64,000 bases of DNA, taken from positions 1 to 64,000 of the IMG/VR virus record IMGVR_UViG_3300025162_000041; one strand, written 5' to 3'. The notes under the pieces were generated by a model that saw nothing but the letters and a program-made list of their open reading frames with translations, was not told where the DNA came from and did no database searches. The position numbers and the translations under genes were made by a program. How positions within the stretch are numbered: position 1 is the first letter of the stretch; the number at the start of each line of letters is the position of its first letter. This document shows, in pieces, positions 9,877 to 20,315 of the stretch. Source of the stretch: a virus.

Positions 9877-10287
9877 ATGGAAACACTTGATCTAGGTCAT
9901 TGGAAATTAGGAGATGGATTATCACAGGGAATTCCCGAAAACAGTATTGGGTTTGTTTATTTGATAATTGATCCCGACAATAAAAAATATGTCGGGAAGA
10001 AATTATTGATCAACAAAACTTGCAAAAAACCTCTTAAGGGACGAACTAATAAACGGCGGGGTATTAAAGAAAGCAATTGGAAAAATTATATTTCAAGTAG
10101 TCCAAAAATTCAGGAGAATATAGAAAAAAATGGAATAGAAAATTATCAATTCATTATATTGAAGTGGGCACCTAATAAAATGATGCTCGCTTATTATGAG
10201 ACTAAAGAGATAATTGAAAGAAATGCAATTTTCGACTTGACATATTGGAATGAAGTTTGTAACATAAGAATTCGTAACAGGAAATAG
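9877..10287 (+). CDS. GIY-YIG-like nuclease domain protein
   Basis: GFVYLI...KKYVGKK...WKNYISSS...E...YWN. Confidence 0.6.
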   Translation: METLDLGHWKLGDGLSQGIPENSIGFVYLIIDPDNKKYVGKKLLINKTCKKPLKGRTNKRRGIKESNWKNYISSSPKIQENIEKNGIENYQFIILKWAPNKMMLAYYETKEIIERNAIFDLTYWNEVCNIRIRNRK

Positions 10288-10321
10288 TTTATGTGGATAT
10301 CTCCATGATATTTATTGATAT

Positions 10322-10531
10322 ATGAAAGCGATACAAATAACATGTGATCGATGTGGAAAATCTGTTAATGGATTTATAAGTGTTACTCCTAAAGATGGTG
10401 TGATTGTTACGAATGGATACTACATTGTGGCCGAAGGAAATTGGAAAGAATTTCAGCAAGATGACGAAGAATACGTTTGTGATGACTGTATGCATTCGGA
10501 CCCGCAATATAAAAAATTATATCAGGCGTGA
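10322..10531 (+). CDS. Small zinc-ribbon protein
   Basis: CDRC...CDDC. Confidence 0.55.
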   Translation: MKAIQITCDRCGKSVNGFISVTPKDGVIVTNGYYIVAEGNWKEFQQDDEEYVCDDCMHSDPQYKKLYQA

Positions 10532-10830
10532 AAGCAGGATATCTCTACATAGTTACGAATGAAGCGTTTCCGTCATGGTGTAAGATTGGAATTACTGCTA
10601 ACCTCAAAGAACGCTTGCACATATACCAAACATGTGATCCCCATCGGGGTTATAAACTTGTATATTCGCTTTGCCATCCCCTTTATAAAGAAGCAGAAAA
10701 GAAAATTAAAGAAGCAATTAAACCATTCGCCAAAAATATAAAAAATGAATGGTGTGAAATGGATTTATCCATGTGTCGAAGTCGCTTACAAGAGTCTCTT
10801 GAATCTTATGAAAATGGCGAATGGACTTAA
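10528..10830 (+). CDS. GIY-YIG (T5orf172/MUG113-like) protein
   Basis: GYLYIV...KIGIT...ERL..YQT...AEK...NEW. Confidence 0.7.
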   Translation: MKAGYLYIVTNEAFPSWCKIGITANLKERLHIYQTCDPHRGYKLVYSLCHPLYKEAEKKIKEAIKPFAKNIKNEWCEMDLSMCRSRLQESLESYENGEWT

Positions 10831-10871
10831 AATAAGTTGAATTTCATCGGGGGGATAGGTAAAATGCAGGC

Positions 10872-11816
10872 ATGATGGTCCAATATGAACTGGTGGCAAT
10901 TTTTAATGAATTGCTTGGGCAGCAAGCCCGCCTCCGAAAATCGGGGGTTCAAGCAACATATCATTGCCCTTTTTGCGTAGATAAGAACCTTACAACCAAC
11001 AAGTTGGAAATTGCTGTTGGTGGTGCCCGAATTGGCTCATATCATTGTTGGCGGTGTGACTCGAAGGGGACTACGTTTGGGAGTTTACTTTATAAACTCC
11101 AAGCACCACAGAGTTATCGAGATTCCATTTTTAAACTTACTGGTGACATTAGGATGGCTCGTTATGCCAAGTCTTACCCGACCTTTTTAAGTCTTCCATC
11201 GGAATTTCACCCCTTGTCCAAATCACAAAAAAAACCAGAATATAAGAATGCTTTGGCATATTTAAAACGGCGTGGTATTATGCATGAGGATATACTCAGA
11301 TACAATATTGGATATTGTGAGTCAGGAGAATATGAGCAGCATATAATTGTTCCGTCATATGATGCCAAAGGCATACTTAATTTCTTCATTGGTCGACGCT
11401 ACTACGAAGATGGATACGTTCCACACAAAAAGCCCAATGTTCCGATGAGTGATATTATTGGATTTGAGAGTTTCATAAACTGGAAAGAACCCTTAAATTT
11501 ATGCGAAGGTATTTTTGATGCGATAAGTATAAGGAATAACGCCGTTCCATTGTTCGGAAAATATTTGTCGTCAAAACTATGCGAAACTATGATTATTAAT
11601 CGAACATCTCGGGTTAATATGATTTTGGATAATGATGCTAAAGATGATGCAATCAAAAATTGTCGGCGAATAATGAAACTAGGAATTGACGTTTATCTCG
11701 TAGAATTGGATGGGAAAGATTCATCTGATATAGGATTTGAAAGAACTCATGAATGTATTCGATGTGCTCAACGATTTGATTGGAGTGACCTGTTGAAATA
11801 CGAACTCGGAATATGA
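10872..11816 (+). CDS. DNA primase (DnaG/gp61-like)
   Basis: Zn finger CPFC...HCWRC; TOPRIM EGIFDA and LDNDA. Confidence 0.88.
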   Translation: MMVQYELVAIFNELLGQQARLRKSGVQATYHCPFCVDKNLTTNKLEIAVGGARIGSYHCWRCDSKGTTFGSLLYKLQAPQSYRDSIFKLTGDIRMARYAKSYPTFLSLPSEFHPLSKSQKKPEYKNALAYLKRRGIMHEDILRYNIGYCESGEYEQHIIVPSYDAKGILNFFIGRRYYEDGYVPHKKPNVPMSDIIGFESFINWKEPLNLCEGIFDAISIRNNAVPLFGKYLSSKLCETMIINRTSRVNMILDNDAKDDAIKNCRRIMKLGIDVYLVELDGKDSSDIGFERTHECIRCAQRFDWSDLLKYELGI

Positions 11817-12127
11817 CTATTATACTTTGGATTTTAATAGCAATGGTGTTTTATGCTATTGGAGAATACAATAGTAAAGAATATGCCAATACGTTGCAAT
11901 GGCGTTATGGCGCAGTTGCAATGTTTGGTTACATGGTAAATGCTGTATGCTTTCTTCCTGCTATTTCCAAAATGAATTCCCTTACTGTATTGGGCACGAT
12001 ATGGAATTTAGGATATGTATTTGTTACTCTTTTTCTGGGACTTGTCATTTTTAAAGAACCAATATCAACAATGCAAATTGTAGGACTTTGTTTTGGCGTT
12101 GTCTCGATAATTTTACTTAGTATATGA
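11813..12127 (+). CDS. Small membrane protein, SMR/DMT superfamily-like
   Basis: 104 aa with four hydrophobic segments; ends FKEPISTMQIVGLCFGV. Confidence 0.65.
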   Translation: MTIILWILIAMVFYAIGEYNSKEYANTLQWRYGAVAMFGYMVNAVCFLPAISKMNSLTVLGTIWNLGYVFVTLFLGLVIFKEPISTMQIVGLCFGVVSIILLSI

Positions 12128-12846
12128 TAAACACACTGAAAACAGACATCCCGAAATTTAGCCACGGTTTACAATTCGCCGACTGCCATATTCGTCTTAA
12201 TAAGCGGCACGATGAGTATAAAGAAGTATTTAATAATCTCTACGAAGAAATAAAAAAAACTCCAGAAACAACAGTCGTAGTATGTTGCGGAGATGTAATA
12301 CACTCAAAAATTGATTTATCTCCGGAATGTGTGCAGATGGCAGCAGATTTGTTTACAAATATAGCCAATATTAGACCGATGATTCTTATTGCAGGCAACC
12401 ACGATCAGCTTATTGCCAACAAAAGTAGGATGGATTCATTGTCGCCAATAGTGGATGCCTTGAATCATCCTAATCTATTTTATCTTAAAAAATCTGGTTT
12501 ATATGGATTCGGGAATATTCTGTTTAATAATATGTCGGTGGCAGATTCTCCTGAACAATATATCCTTGGCAAAGATATTCCCGCCATATATCGTAATCAA
12601 TATGAACACATTATTGCTCTATTTCATGGAGCCATAGATAATGCTGCATTAGATAATGGTTATGCTATTAAAAATCCTGTTATAATGCCGCCGTTGTTTA
12701 ATGGACACCATCTTGTTCTCGCTGGCGATATACATTTGGCTCAGAATATGAGTGTTGATAATGATGAGGTTATTATTCCCGAGTCCGATCTCGGAAAATA
12801 TAGCATGGATTTATGGGAAATTGTTGAAGAAATAGAAGAAAAATGA
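12124..12846 (+). CDS. Mre11/SbcD (gp47-like) nuclease, N-terminal fragment
   Basis: Metallophosphoesterase motifs ADCH, CGDVIH, AGNHD, FHG, GDIH; lacks the final YxGS motif. Confidence 0.88.
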   Translation: MINTLKTDIPKFSHGLQFADCHIRLNKRHDEYKEVFNNLYEEIKKTPETTVVVCCGDVIHSKIDLSPECVQMAADLFTNIANIRPMILIAGNHDQLIANKSRMDSLSPIVDALNHPNLFYLKKSGLYGFGNILFNNMSVADSPEQYILGKDIPAIYRNQYEHIIALFHGAIDNAALDNGYAIKNPVIMPPLFNGHHLVLAGDIHLAQNMSVDNDEVIIPESDLGKYSMDLWEIVEEIEEK

Positions 12847-12896
12847 TGGTTTTGATGGATTAGATACTATTTATTGTTATAGCAAAATCATGGATT

Positions 12897-13766
12897 ATGA
12901 GAAGACTTAAAGACAAGAGCGGAAGGTTCATAGAAAATGCGACATGGATTGAACGAGAATGCATTGTGTGCCATAAACCATTCACTATTAAAGAGTCGGC
13001 ATTAAAATATAGACGGGGGAAATATTGCTCCCGTAAATGCTGTGACGAACATAAAAAGAAAATTTGTATTGGCAAAGGCAACGGATATTTTGGAAAAATA
13101 CTATCAGAAAAAGGACGGCGAATGCGGTCTGACATAACCGCAAAATCGTGGAAAATTCCCAATATAAGAAAATCAAGATTGGATGGTATTGAAAGATTTG
13201 TGTTGGAGCACGGATACCATCCGGGCGCTGATGAAAAATCAAAGGAAAAGAGAAAGCATACATTCACCTTACGTTATGGAGTTCCACACAATTGGATGGT
13301 TAAGGAAGTCCGTAAAAAATGCAATGACACTTGTATCCTACGTTATGGGAAATCCATGTGGCAGTTGATGATGGAAGCACTAAAATTTCACCAAACCGAA
13401 ATAGAAATAATTACTAAACGAATACTGGATGACAATGGTATTACATATAAGCCACAATTTCAGTTATGGGATGGCGGGAATATTCGTATTTATGATTACT
13501 ATATCCCATCTTCTAATTTACTTATTGAATTAGATGGTGACTTTTGGCACGCAAATCCAATCAAATATCCAAAGGAAAAGTTGCTGGAAGTACAAAGAGC
13601 GAATATTCTCAATGATGAGTATAAAACAAACCTTGCCAAGACCAGTGGATATAAGATAGAAAGATTCTGGGAAACCCGAATAAAACTTCCCGATTATCCT
13701 CAACTTCTTCTCCATACAATAAAACAATATGAAAATGTTACGCCTACGAAAGAGAACGAGTCCTAA
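12897..13766 (+). CDS. Free-standing Vsr/DUF559-like (EDxHD-type) homing endonuclease inserted in mre11
   Basis: N-terminal CIVC/YCSRKC; YDYYIP..LLIELDGDFWH...ND..K...GY...FWE. Confidence 0.8.
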   Translation: MRRLKDKSGRFIENATWIERECIVCHKPFTIKESALKYRRGKYCSRKCCDEHKKKICIGKGNGYFGKILSEKGRRMRSDITAKSWKIPNIRKSRLDGIERFVLEHGYHPGADEKSKEKRKHTFTLRYGVPHNWMVKEVRKKCNDTCILRYGKSMWQLMMEALKFHQTEIEIITKRILDDNGITYKPQFQLWDGGNIRIYDYYIPSSNLLIELDGDFWHANPIKYPKEKLLEVQRANILNDEYKTNLAKTSGYKIERFWETRIKLPDYPQLLLHTIKQYENVTPTKENES

Positions 13767-16317
13767 AATAAGATACTGTGGGAGTTTAATTGGTCAGAAT
13801 CATGGCGAAGGATTAGAGGGACATGGATACTCTCTATGGGACTTATCTGATTATTCTTATACACATCATGAAATTCCTAATGATTATGGTTATTTCACAG
13901 TGGATATTCAGAAGGGAAAACTTACCACTGATTTGACGCATTTGCCTAAAAAGGTACGTCTTCGTATGAAGTGTTACGAGAGCGTAGCTTCAGAAGTTAA
14001 GCAAGTTCTTGCGGACATTAAGATGAAGACACAGGTCATCGAGACAGCCTACGTTCGCATGGACCAAGAGCAGGATAAGAAAGACATTATCCCATTGTGC
14101 AAAGATATTGTACTTGCCGACTTGACTACGGTGGAATATCAGGAAAAGCTTCTAACAGAGTTTTTGACGAAAAAGCTTGGGATTAGTGATCCATCAAAGA
14201 TTAAAGAGATTCTGAAAATCAATAAGGCTACGAATGCTCTTATCAAACGCGATGATTTCTCTCGTAACCTTAAATGGAAACCCATAAAAATGGAATGGTC
14301 AAATACTTTTACATACGGGGAAAATAACATAATCAATTTTGAAGATATGCATGGGGTTTACGGTATTTTCGGTCCCAACAAGTCGGGTAAATCAAGTATA
14401 TTGGATACGTTAATATTTGTGTTATTTGACAAAACGTCCCGTTGTTATAAAGGTATGCATGTCCTGAATGTTCAGAAATCAAGTTTTCAATGTAAATTGG
14501 AGTTTGAAATTTCGGGAGTGCGTTACTTTATCGAGCGTAAGGGTAGTACTACTCGTTCGGGCAATGTCAAAGTAGATGTTCGATTCTGGAAGATAGTCAA
14601 TGGAATTGAGGAAGAACTTCACGGTACCGTGCGCCGAGACACCAATGATATTATCCGTGACTACATTGGAACTTATGAGGATTTCATAATTACTGCTGCT
14701 TCATTCCAGAACGCCAAGAATTTCACATCATTCATTGATATGGGCAATAGCGAGCGTAAAGACTTACTAGTGCAGTTCATTGGTCTTAATGTTTTTGATC
14801 GTCTGCATGAGTCTGCGGGAGAGCGTAACAAGGAACTTGTGACTATTCTTAAGACTCATAAGGATAAGAATTATCAACTTGAAATCCAACAAAATGCGGC
14901 GGCGTTATCCCGTGAGGATACTCTCTTTTATTCGGCCAATCAGGAAGTTGAAAGTTTGAAGAAGCAAATTTCCGAAGTAAATGAACAAATCATTGCTGAA
15001 AGTGCCAATATTATTAAGCTAGACACAAGTGTTCCGACAGACCTTTTATTGTTAGAGACCCGAAAACAAAGTGCAGAATCCATTCTTGCAGCTAAGCGCA
15101 AAACAATTACAGATGCCCGAGACACCTTAATGACCCAAGAGAAGAAATTGTCGGAAATTAATGATGGGATTGATAAAATTGAGAAATCGAATTTTGTGGA
15201 AGCTTATAAAACCCATAAGGAACTTTCCGACAAACTTACTGTTTTTAAGCAGAAAATTGATCTCAAAAAGGTGGAAGTCAAAGGAAAACTTGAAAAGGTG
15301 GAACGTTTGAAGAACCATAAGTATGACCCCAATTGTAAGTTTTGTGTAAATAATGATTTTGTCAGAGACGCAACCAAGGCAAAGAAGGAATTGGTCGACG
15401 ACAAGAAAGAGACCGATAAGATGATGGCCGATGTTATGAACATTCGGGGAGACCTAGATGTTTATAAGTGGGCTGAGAATACATATGAAACCTACACTAA
15501 ATTGCTAACGGAGCGTGGAATAGTCAAGGACAAATGTTCAGAGGCGAGCAAGCGCATCATTATTGCTACTAATGAACTTGAACGATTGGATACTGCCGCC
15601 AAGGCAGTCAATCAACAAATCGAAATTTACCACCGTAATGAAGTGGCGGTAGATAATAATGTCAAGGTTCAATCAAAAATCAATGTTTTTCGGTCCACAC
15701 TAACCAAGTTTGATATTGTGTTTCAGAAGCAGCATCAATCTCTTATGAATATTTCGGGTAAACGTGAATTGTTTCGTTCTACTATCGAAATGGTCAAGAA
15801 AACCCTCGAAGAAGTCTTGGCGATGGAAACTGAACTTGGTCTTTATCAGAGTTACTTACAAGCAATTGGAAGAGACGGAATACCTTATCAAGTAATTTGT
15901 AACACTGTCCCCGAGATTGAAAAGGAAGTCAATTCCATCCTCAGCCAAGTGGTGGACTATACCATTCAGTTTGAGACTGATGGGAAGAACATAGTACCTT
16001 ATATTTGTTATTTCGACAAAGGAAAATGGCCGATTGAATTGTCGTCCGGATTTGAACGGGATTTGGCGTCCATAGCAATCAGAATTGCGCTTACCGAGGT
16101 CTCTAATCTTCCAAGATGTAATTTTTGTGCTATTGACGAATCCTTCTCGACGCTTGACGCAAATAACCTTGCTACGATGCCAACCCTATTTTCTATACTA
16201 AAAAATTATTATGACTTCGTACTAGTTATTTCGCATCTGTCTGAATTGAAGGATGCCACTGACAAGACCATAGAAATAACTCACGAAAATGGGTTTGCGA
16301 AAGTAGTATACGAATAA
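13729..16317 (+). CDS. Mre11 C-terminal part fused to Rad50/SbcC (gp46-like) ATPase
   Basis: Begins IRYCGSLIGQNHGE (Mre11 end); Walker A GPNKSGKSS, Zn hook CKFC, signature SSGFE, Walker B AIDESFSTLD. Confidence 0.9.
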   Translation: MKMLRLRKRTSPKIRYCGSLIGQNHGEGLEGHGYSLWDLSDYSYTHHEIPNDYGYFTVDIQKGKLTTDLTHLPKKVRLRMKCYESVASEVKQVLADIKMKTQVIETAYVRMDQEQDKKDIIPLCKDIVLADLTTVEYQEKLLTEFLTKKLGISDPSKIKEILKINKATNALIKRDDFSRNLKWKPIKMEWSNTFTYGENNIINFEDMHGVYGIFGPNKSGKSSILDTLIFVLFDKTSRCYKGMHVLNVQKSSFQCKLEFEISGVRYFIERKGSTTRSGNVKVDVRFWKIVNGIEEELHGTVRRDTNDIIRDYIGTYEDFIITAASFQNAKNFTSFIDMGNSERKDLLVQFIGLNVFDRLHESAGERNKELVTILKTHKDKNYQLEIQQNAAALSREDTLFYSANQEVESLKKQISEVNEQIIAESANIIKLDTSVPTDLLLLETRKQSAESILAAKRKTITDARDTLMTQEKKLSEINDGIDKIEKSNFVEAYKTHKELSDKLTVFKQKIDLKKVEVKGKLEKVERLKNHKYDPNCKFCVNNDFVRDATKAKKELVDDKKETDKMMADVMNIRGDLDVYKWAENTYETYTKLLTERGIVKDKCSEASKRIIIATNELERLDTAAKAVNQQIEIYHRNEVAVDNNVKVQSKINVFRSTLTKFDIVFQKQHQSLMNISGKRELFRSTIEMVKKTLEEVLAMETELGLYQSYLQAIGRDGIPYQVICNTVPEIEKEVNSILSQVVDYTIQFETDGKNIVPYICYFDKGKWPIELSSGFERDLASIAIRIALTEVSNLPRCNFCAIDESFSTLDANNLATMPTLFSILKNYYDFVLVISHLSELKDATDKTIEITHENGFAKVVYE

Positions 16318-16367
16318 GACTATAACACTAATATATATAGGTGGAGGTTTTATACCCACCTGTATAT

Positions 16368-19001
16368 ATGGCATCAAAACAATTACTTTCAAATTTTGGA
16401 AAACGGGGTGACAGCAGTTACACCATCAATGGCATACCACAAGGGTTGGCCGACATTCAGGTGGATGTTGAAGATGATTCTCATCTTTCTACTTATTTTC
16501 ATGTTGTAGAATTTAACCCCGTATTTACGGCAGGAAAGAATTCTATTTCTTTCAATGGCTCTGATTTACTTAAAGATGGCTCAGAAATCAAAGTCGAAGT
16601 TCTTGATAAAGATGGCAATTCTCTATATCTAGCTGCCCCTCCTACTGACCAAAACTACGTTGACATTGCAAACTTCACGGTTGCCATCTATGTGTATCGT
16701 GAAACAGTAAGCGGCGTGGGAAAGGTTATTCTTGCTGGTATAACGACCAAAGGAGAAATTGTCCGATGGATAGGCAATATTAGCATTAACGTCACGTATC
16801 CTAATGTATCTCGTGTTCGTTTTTATCATAAACCTACAATGGAGGTCACTCCACTCTTATACCCTGTTGTTGAAACTCTCACTGGGTCATTGTTGGCATC
16901 TTCGTCATTAGTAGCCGATATATGTTCTGGTCAATATGTTTATCGGAAGGGATTTCATTTAATTGCGGCAAATAACATATTTTCTTCTCAAATGGTTGGT
17001 CAGTCTTTTCTCCTAAAATATGGCAAGTGTCAACTTGTGCAGGGAGAAGCTACGCAGATAGGAACTTATGATTTATCAACTGGTATGTTCGGAGCAACTG
17101 GTTCGGTGTTTATTGTAAAAAGTGTTGTAAATAGCAAGACAATACAAATTGACCCTCCTACTTATTATACATTTGTTCCGCATGGACAAAAGTCATCCAA
17201 TGTCATGATAATGGGGATGACGGGCGGACAATTCACGATGAGTTATAATTCAATAACTCATATTCAACAAGCCACAACTGTTCCAGCGAATGGACAATGG
17301 ATGCCTCGTAATATCCTTTATCATGGTTTAGAGGGGTATATGCAAATCAAAACAAATACAGATGTTTTTGATTCTACTATGGTGGGTAAAGGCATGATGA
17401 TTAATTACAGTTATATATGGGTAGATGATGGTGGCGGTGGGTTTGATCCTTCTATAAAAACATTTCATAATAAATATCCTATATCATCAAGTCTTTATCC
17501 GATAATAATTACTGATTTTGTAGACAGTAGAACTGTTAACGTCCCACTTCTTCATTATAAGTTATATTATGGATTGCCTGGGTCAGAATTCACATATCTA
17601 TATCACATAAGTAAATTTTCTGGTAATGTTGAGCCTCCTAGTAGTTCAATTCCATATCAACAATATACAACTACTAATGGTTCCTCATCGCTTATGCAAA
17701 AATCCTACGCAGATATTCTTTATAGAAATACTGATACATTTTCGGGGTTTATTGCTCGTCACAAGTTGTATGCGAAAAGTAACATTTATCCAGGTGATTT
17801 TGAACTTGTCTCCGACTCAGTAGTAGGTCCATCTGAATTATTGATAGACCAGATTAGTGTGAACAAAAGTTATGCCTTAATTGGTAAACTTGAAAATCAA
17901 GATAAAGTGAATCAATATTGGTTTGTATCTTCTGCGTCTTTTAACCTTGTTCAGAGTGATGATAAGATAAGCGATGCAATGACGATTGTAACAATTCCCG
18001 ACTATTCGGCGGCAAATGGAAGTAGTTATGTCATAGCAAAAGCATCGGCTATTAATTTAGTGAACGATGCTATTTATTATCCGTTCGATGAAATGGAATA
18101 TACCCAATTTAATGGAAAAGGATATGCATCAAATTTTATTTTTATTCCAAGAAATACGTTGCATATTCTTTCTGCCAATATGGTAGTTAATAAGGATAAA
18201 ACTACTATTGCAAAAATTTCATTTTACCTTACCAGTTCATCGCAGGGAATAATGGGCGAGCCAAATTATGTTCCTGCATATGGACTTAAACTCGGGGAAA
18301 TTGTTGTGGCCGACCAAGTAACTGCCAGATTTCTTTTAGATGCTCAACAGATGTTTTTTACAACTCTGAATGATTACTATGGAACATTAATAATTGTCCC
18401 ATATTTTTGTAATGTTACTCTGGCAAATATTTCTATGCAAAATTATGGGGATTATGGATTCTCGCCGGGGGCTATTGAGATTCAATGTCCGTTTCCATTA
18501 AATGTGGCAAATGAATCATTTACCCTTAAGGCTGAACTGTTTGATTCCAATGCAAATCTTGTTTACACTATTCCAAAAGCAGGAGACCCTCCAATAATAG
18601 CAACGTTTGACCCAACAGGGGTAAGTCTGTTTGGAAGTAGTGTTCTTGGTTCGGCTGGAGGTACAGGAGGTATTCCAAGTACTCTTCCATCGTTAACTGT
18701 TCAAAGTAGTTTGTTTTTGCCTGGTATTGGTCAATGCCCTTCGCTTAAACGACTCCTCGGATTTAATATACCGACTCATTATCCCCCACTATCGGGAGAA
18801 GGTTCAGTTTGTTATACCGATGTTACTGATTTAGAATTAACAGCATCAACTACAACTATTCCTACTCTCGATTACCTTAGCCTTTCAACCACGGCTGGTT
18901 CGGGACGTTCCCTCGCCGTCCGTTATAATGGAACCTCCCCAAATGTATATGGAAGGCGCGTTTATGTCGATCCTTCGGGAGTCAAAACTACTTATTCATA
19001 A
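16368..19001 (+). CDS. Large virion structural protein
   Basis: Beta-rich ORF (FTAGKNSISFNGS..LK.GSEIKVEVLD); ATG 16368 preferred over GTG 16341. Confidence 0.55.
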   Translation: MASKQLLSNFGKRGDSSYTINGIPQGLADIQVDVEDDSHLSTYFHVVEFNPVFTAGKNSISFNGSDLLKDGSEIKVEVLDKDGNSLYLAAPPTDQNYVDIANFTVAIYVYRETVSGVGKVILAGITTKGEIVRWIGNISINVTYPNVSRVRFYHKPTMEVTPLLYPVVETLTGSLLASSSLVADICSGQYVYRKGFHLIAANNIFSSQMVGQSFLLKYGKCQLVQGEATQIGTYDLSTGMFGATGSVFIVKSVVNSKTIQIDPPTYYTFVPHGQKSSNVMIMGMTGGQFTMSYNSITHIQQATTVPANGQWMPRNILYHGLEGYMQIKTNTDVFDSTMVGKGMMINYSYIWVDDGGGGFDPSIKTFHNKYPISSSLYPIIITDFVDSRTVNVPLLHYKLYYGLPGSEFTYLYHISKFSGNVEPPSSSIPYQQYTTTNGSSSLMQKSYADILYRNTDTFSGFIARHKLYAKSNIYPGDFELVSDSVVGPSELLIDQISVNKSYALIGKLENQDKVNQYWFVSSASFNLVQSDDKISDAMTIVTIPDYSAANGSSYVIAKASAINLVNDAIYYPFDEMEYTQFNGKGYASNFIFIPRNTLHILSANMVVNKDKTTIAKISFYLTSSSQGIMGEPNYVPAYGLKLGEIVVADQVTARFLLDAQQMFFTTLNDYYGTLIIVPYFCNVTLANISMQNYGDYGFSPGAIEIQCPFPLNVANESFTLKAELFDSNANLVYTIPKAGDPPIIATFDPTGVSLFGSSVLGSAGGTGGIPSTLPSLTVQSSLFLPGIGQCPSLKRLLGFNIPTHYPPLSGEGSVCYTDVTDLELTASTTTIPTLDYLSLSTTAGSGRSLAVRYNGTSPNVYGRRVYVDPSGVKTTYS

Positions 19002-19030
19002 GGTTTTAGGATATTTCATTCTATATTTAC

Positions 19031-20294
19031 ATTCTTGGAGTCAGAAAGCCCCTTCGGCTTTAGCCAAGGGGATGAATGACGACCATATTAAGGAAATAAA
19101 AATAAAATGACATTTTCCTTAAAGTCAATGATATGTATGTCCGTGAATGTAAAACGAAACTACAAGTTTAGGTTGTCTCCCAAAGGAGGAACGCTGACCC
19201 GTCTTGAACAGACGAGAGAAACTTGTCGCTACGTCTATAACCAACTCCTTGAGAAGCGAAACGACCACTATGAGAAAACCAAGAAGACACTCACTCATTT
19301 TGATTGTTGTAAAGTGATTAAGGAGATGGAACTGAAAACTCCAGTCCATTCCCAAGTCCTCCAAAACGTATCTGCACGACTTGACCTTGCCTATCTTGGG
19401 TTCTTCCGTAGGTTGAAGGATAAGACAGGTAAAGCAGGATTTCCACGATTTAAGTCCTATGACCGATATGACTCATTCACTTTTCCACAAACGGGTTTTA
19501 AGTTGACTCCAAAGAAACTTTGGATGTCCAAGATTGGTGATGTTCGGATTAACCTCCACCGCAAAATGGAAGGTAAGATTAAGACCCTGACCATTAAACG
19601 TGAAGGCAATCATTGGTATGCTATTTTCTCATGTGAGGTTGAGATTAAACCAGAAGTTAAGAAGTGGAAACGAGCAGTTGGTATTGACGTTGGATGTATT
19701 GACTTTGCCACTTGTTCCGATGGGACGATCATTTCTCATCCTCATTTCTTACGACAATCTTCCGAGAAACTTTCCAAAATCCAAGGTAAGTATTCCAAAC
19801 TAAAAAAGAAACCAAGGGATGATAAGCAGAAGATTAAGACCAAGAGAGCATTGGTATCGGTTCATTGCAAAATAAAGAACCAACGAAAAGATTTCCTACA
19901 CAAGTTGAGCAAGAAGTTCGTAAGCGAATACTCTCATATTTGCGTGGAGGATATTAAACCAAGTCAGATGTTGAATGACAACTGGCGAAGTTTGAATAAG
20001 AGCATATTGGACTCAGGATGGACTACGTTTAGACAAATGCTACATAGCAAAGCGGTAGATGCTGGTTGTGAAGTGAATGACGTAAATCCTGCCTATACGA
20101 GTCAGATGTGTTCTGGTTGTGGCAACATTGAGATAAAGAAACTCTCTGATAGGCAACACAAATGTAATCTTTGTGGATTGGACATTGGAAGAGATTTGAA
20201 TGCTGCACGAAACATTTTAAGAGTCGGAATGGACTCTTTTGCTTCCAAAAGAAGCATGGAAGCCCCTATCCCTTTAGGGTAGGGGAGCATTCAC
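19031..20294 (+). mobile_element. IS200/IS605-family (tnpB only) element 2
   Basis: Target TTAC 19027-19030 with guide AAAG 19045-19048 (same pair as IS608), hairpin 19049-19071; right guide GAAG 20259, hairpin 20263-20285, terminal TCAC 20291-20294. Confidence 0.92.
19107..20282 (+). CDS. tnpB: TnpB RNA-guided endonuclease
   Basis: YKFRL HTH; intact RuvC triad GIDVG / ICVEDI / RDLNAARN; Zn ribbon CSGC...CNLC. Confidence 0.95.
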   Translation: MTFSLKSMICMSVNVKRNYKFRLSPKGGTLTRLEQTRETCRYVYNQLLEKRNDHYEKTKKTLTHFDCCKVIKEMELKTPVHSQVLQNVSARLDLAYLGFFRRLKDKTGKAGFPRFKSYDRYDSFTFPQTGFKLTPKKLWMSKIGDVRINLHRKMEGKIKTLTIKREGNHWYAIFSCEVEIKPEVKKWKRAVGIDVGCIDFATCSDGTIISHPHFLRQSSEKLSKIQGKYSKLKKKPRDDKQKIKTKRALVSVHCKIKNQRKDFLHKLSKKFVSEYSHICVEDIKPSQMLNDNWRSLNKSILDSGWTTFRQMLHSKAVDAGCEVNDVNPAYTSQMCSGCGNIEIKKLSDRQHKCNLCGLDIGRDLNAARNILRVGMDSFASKRSMEAPIPLG

Positions 20295-20315
20295 TCATGT
20301 GAAAGGAAGAACGTT

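Noticed and set aside
12740-13780. Group I intron or split intein in mre11
   Set aside because: No intron core elements or non-coding room, and no intein terminal motifs on either fragment.
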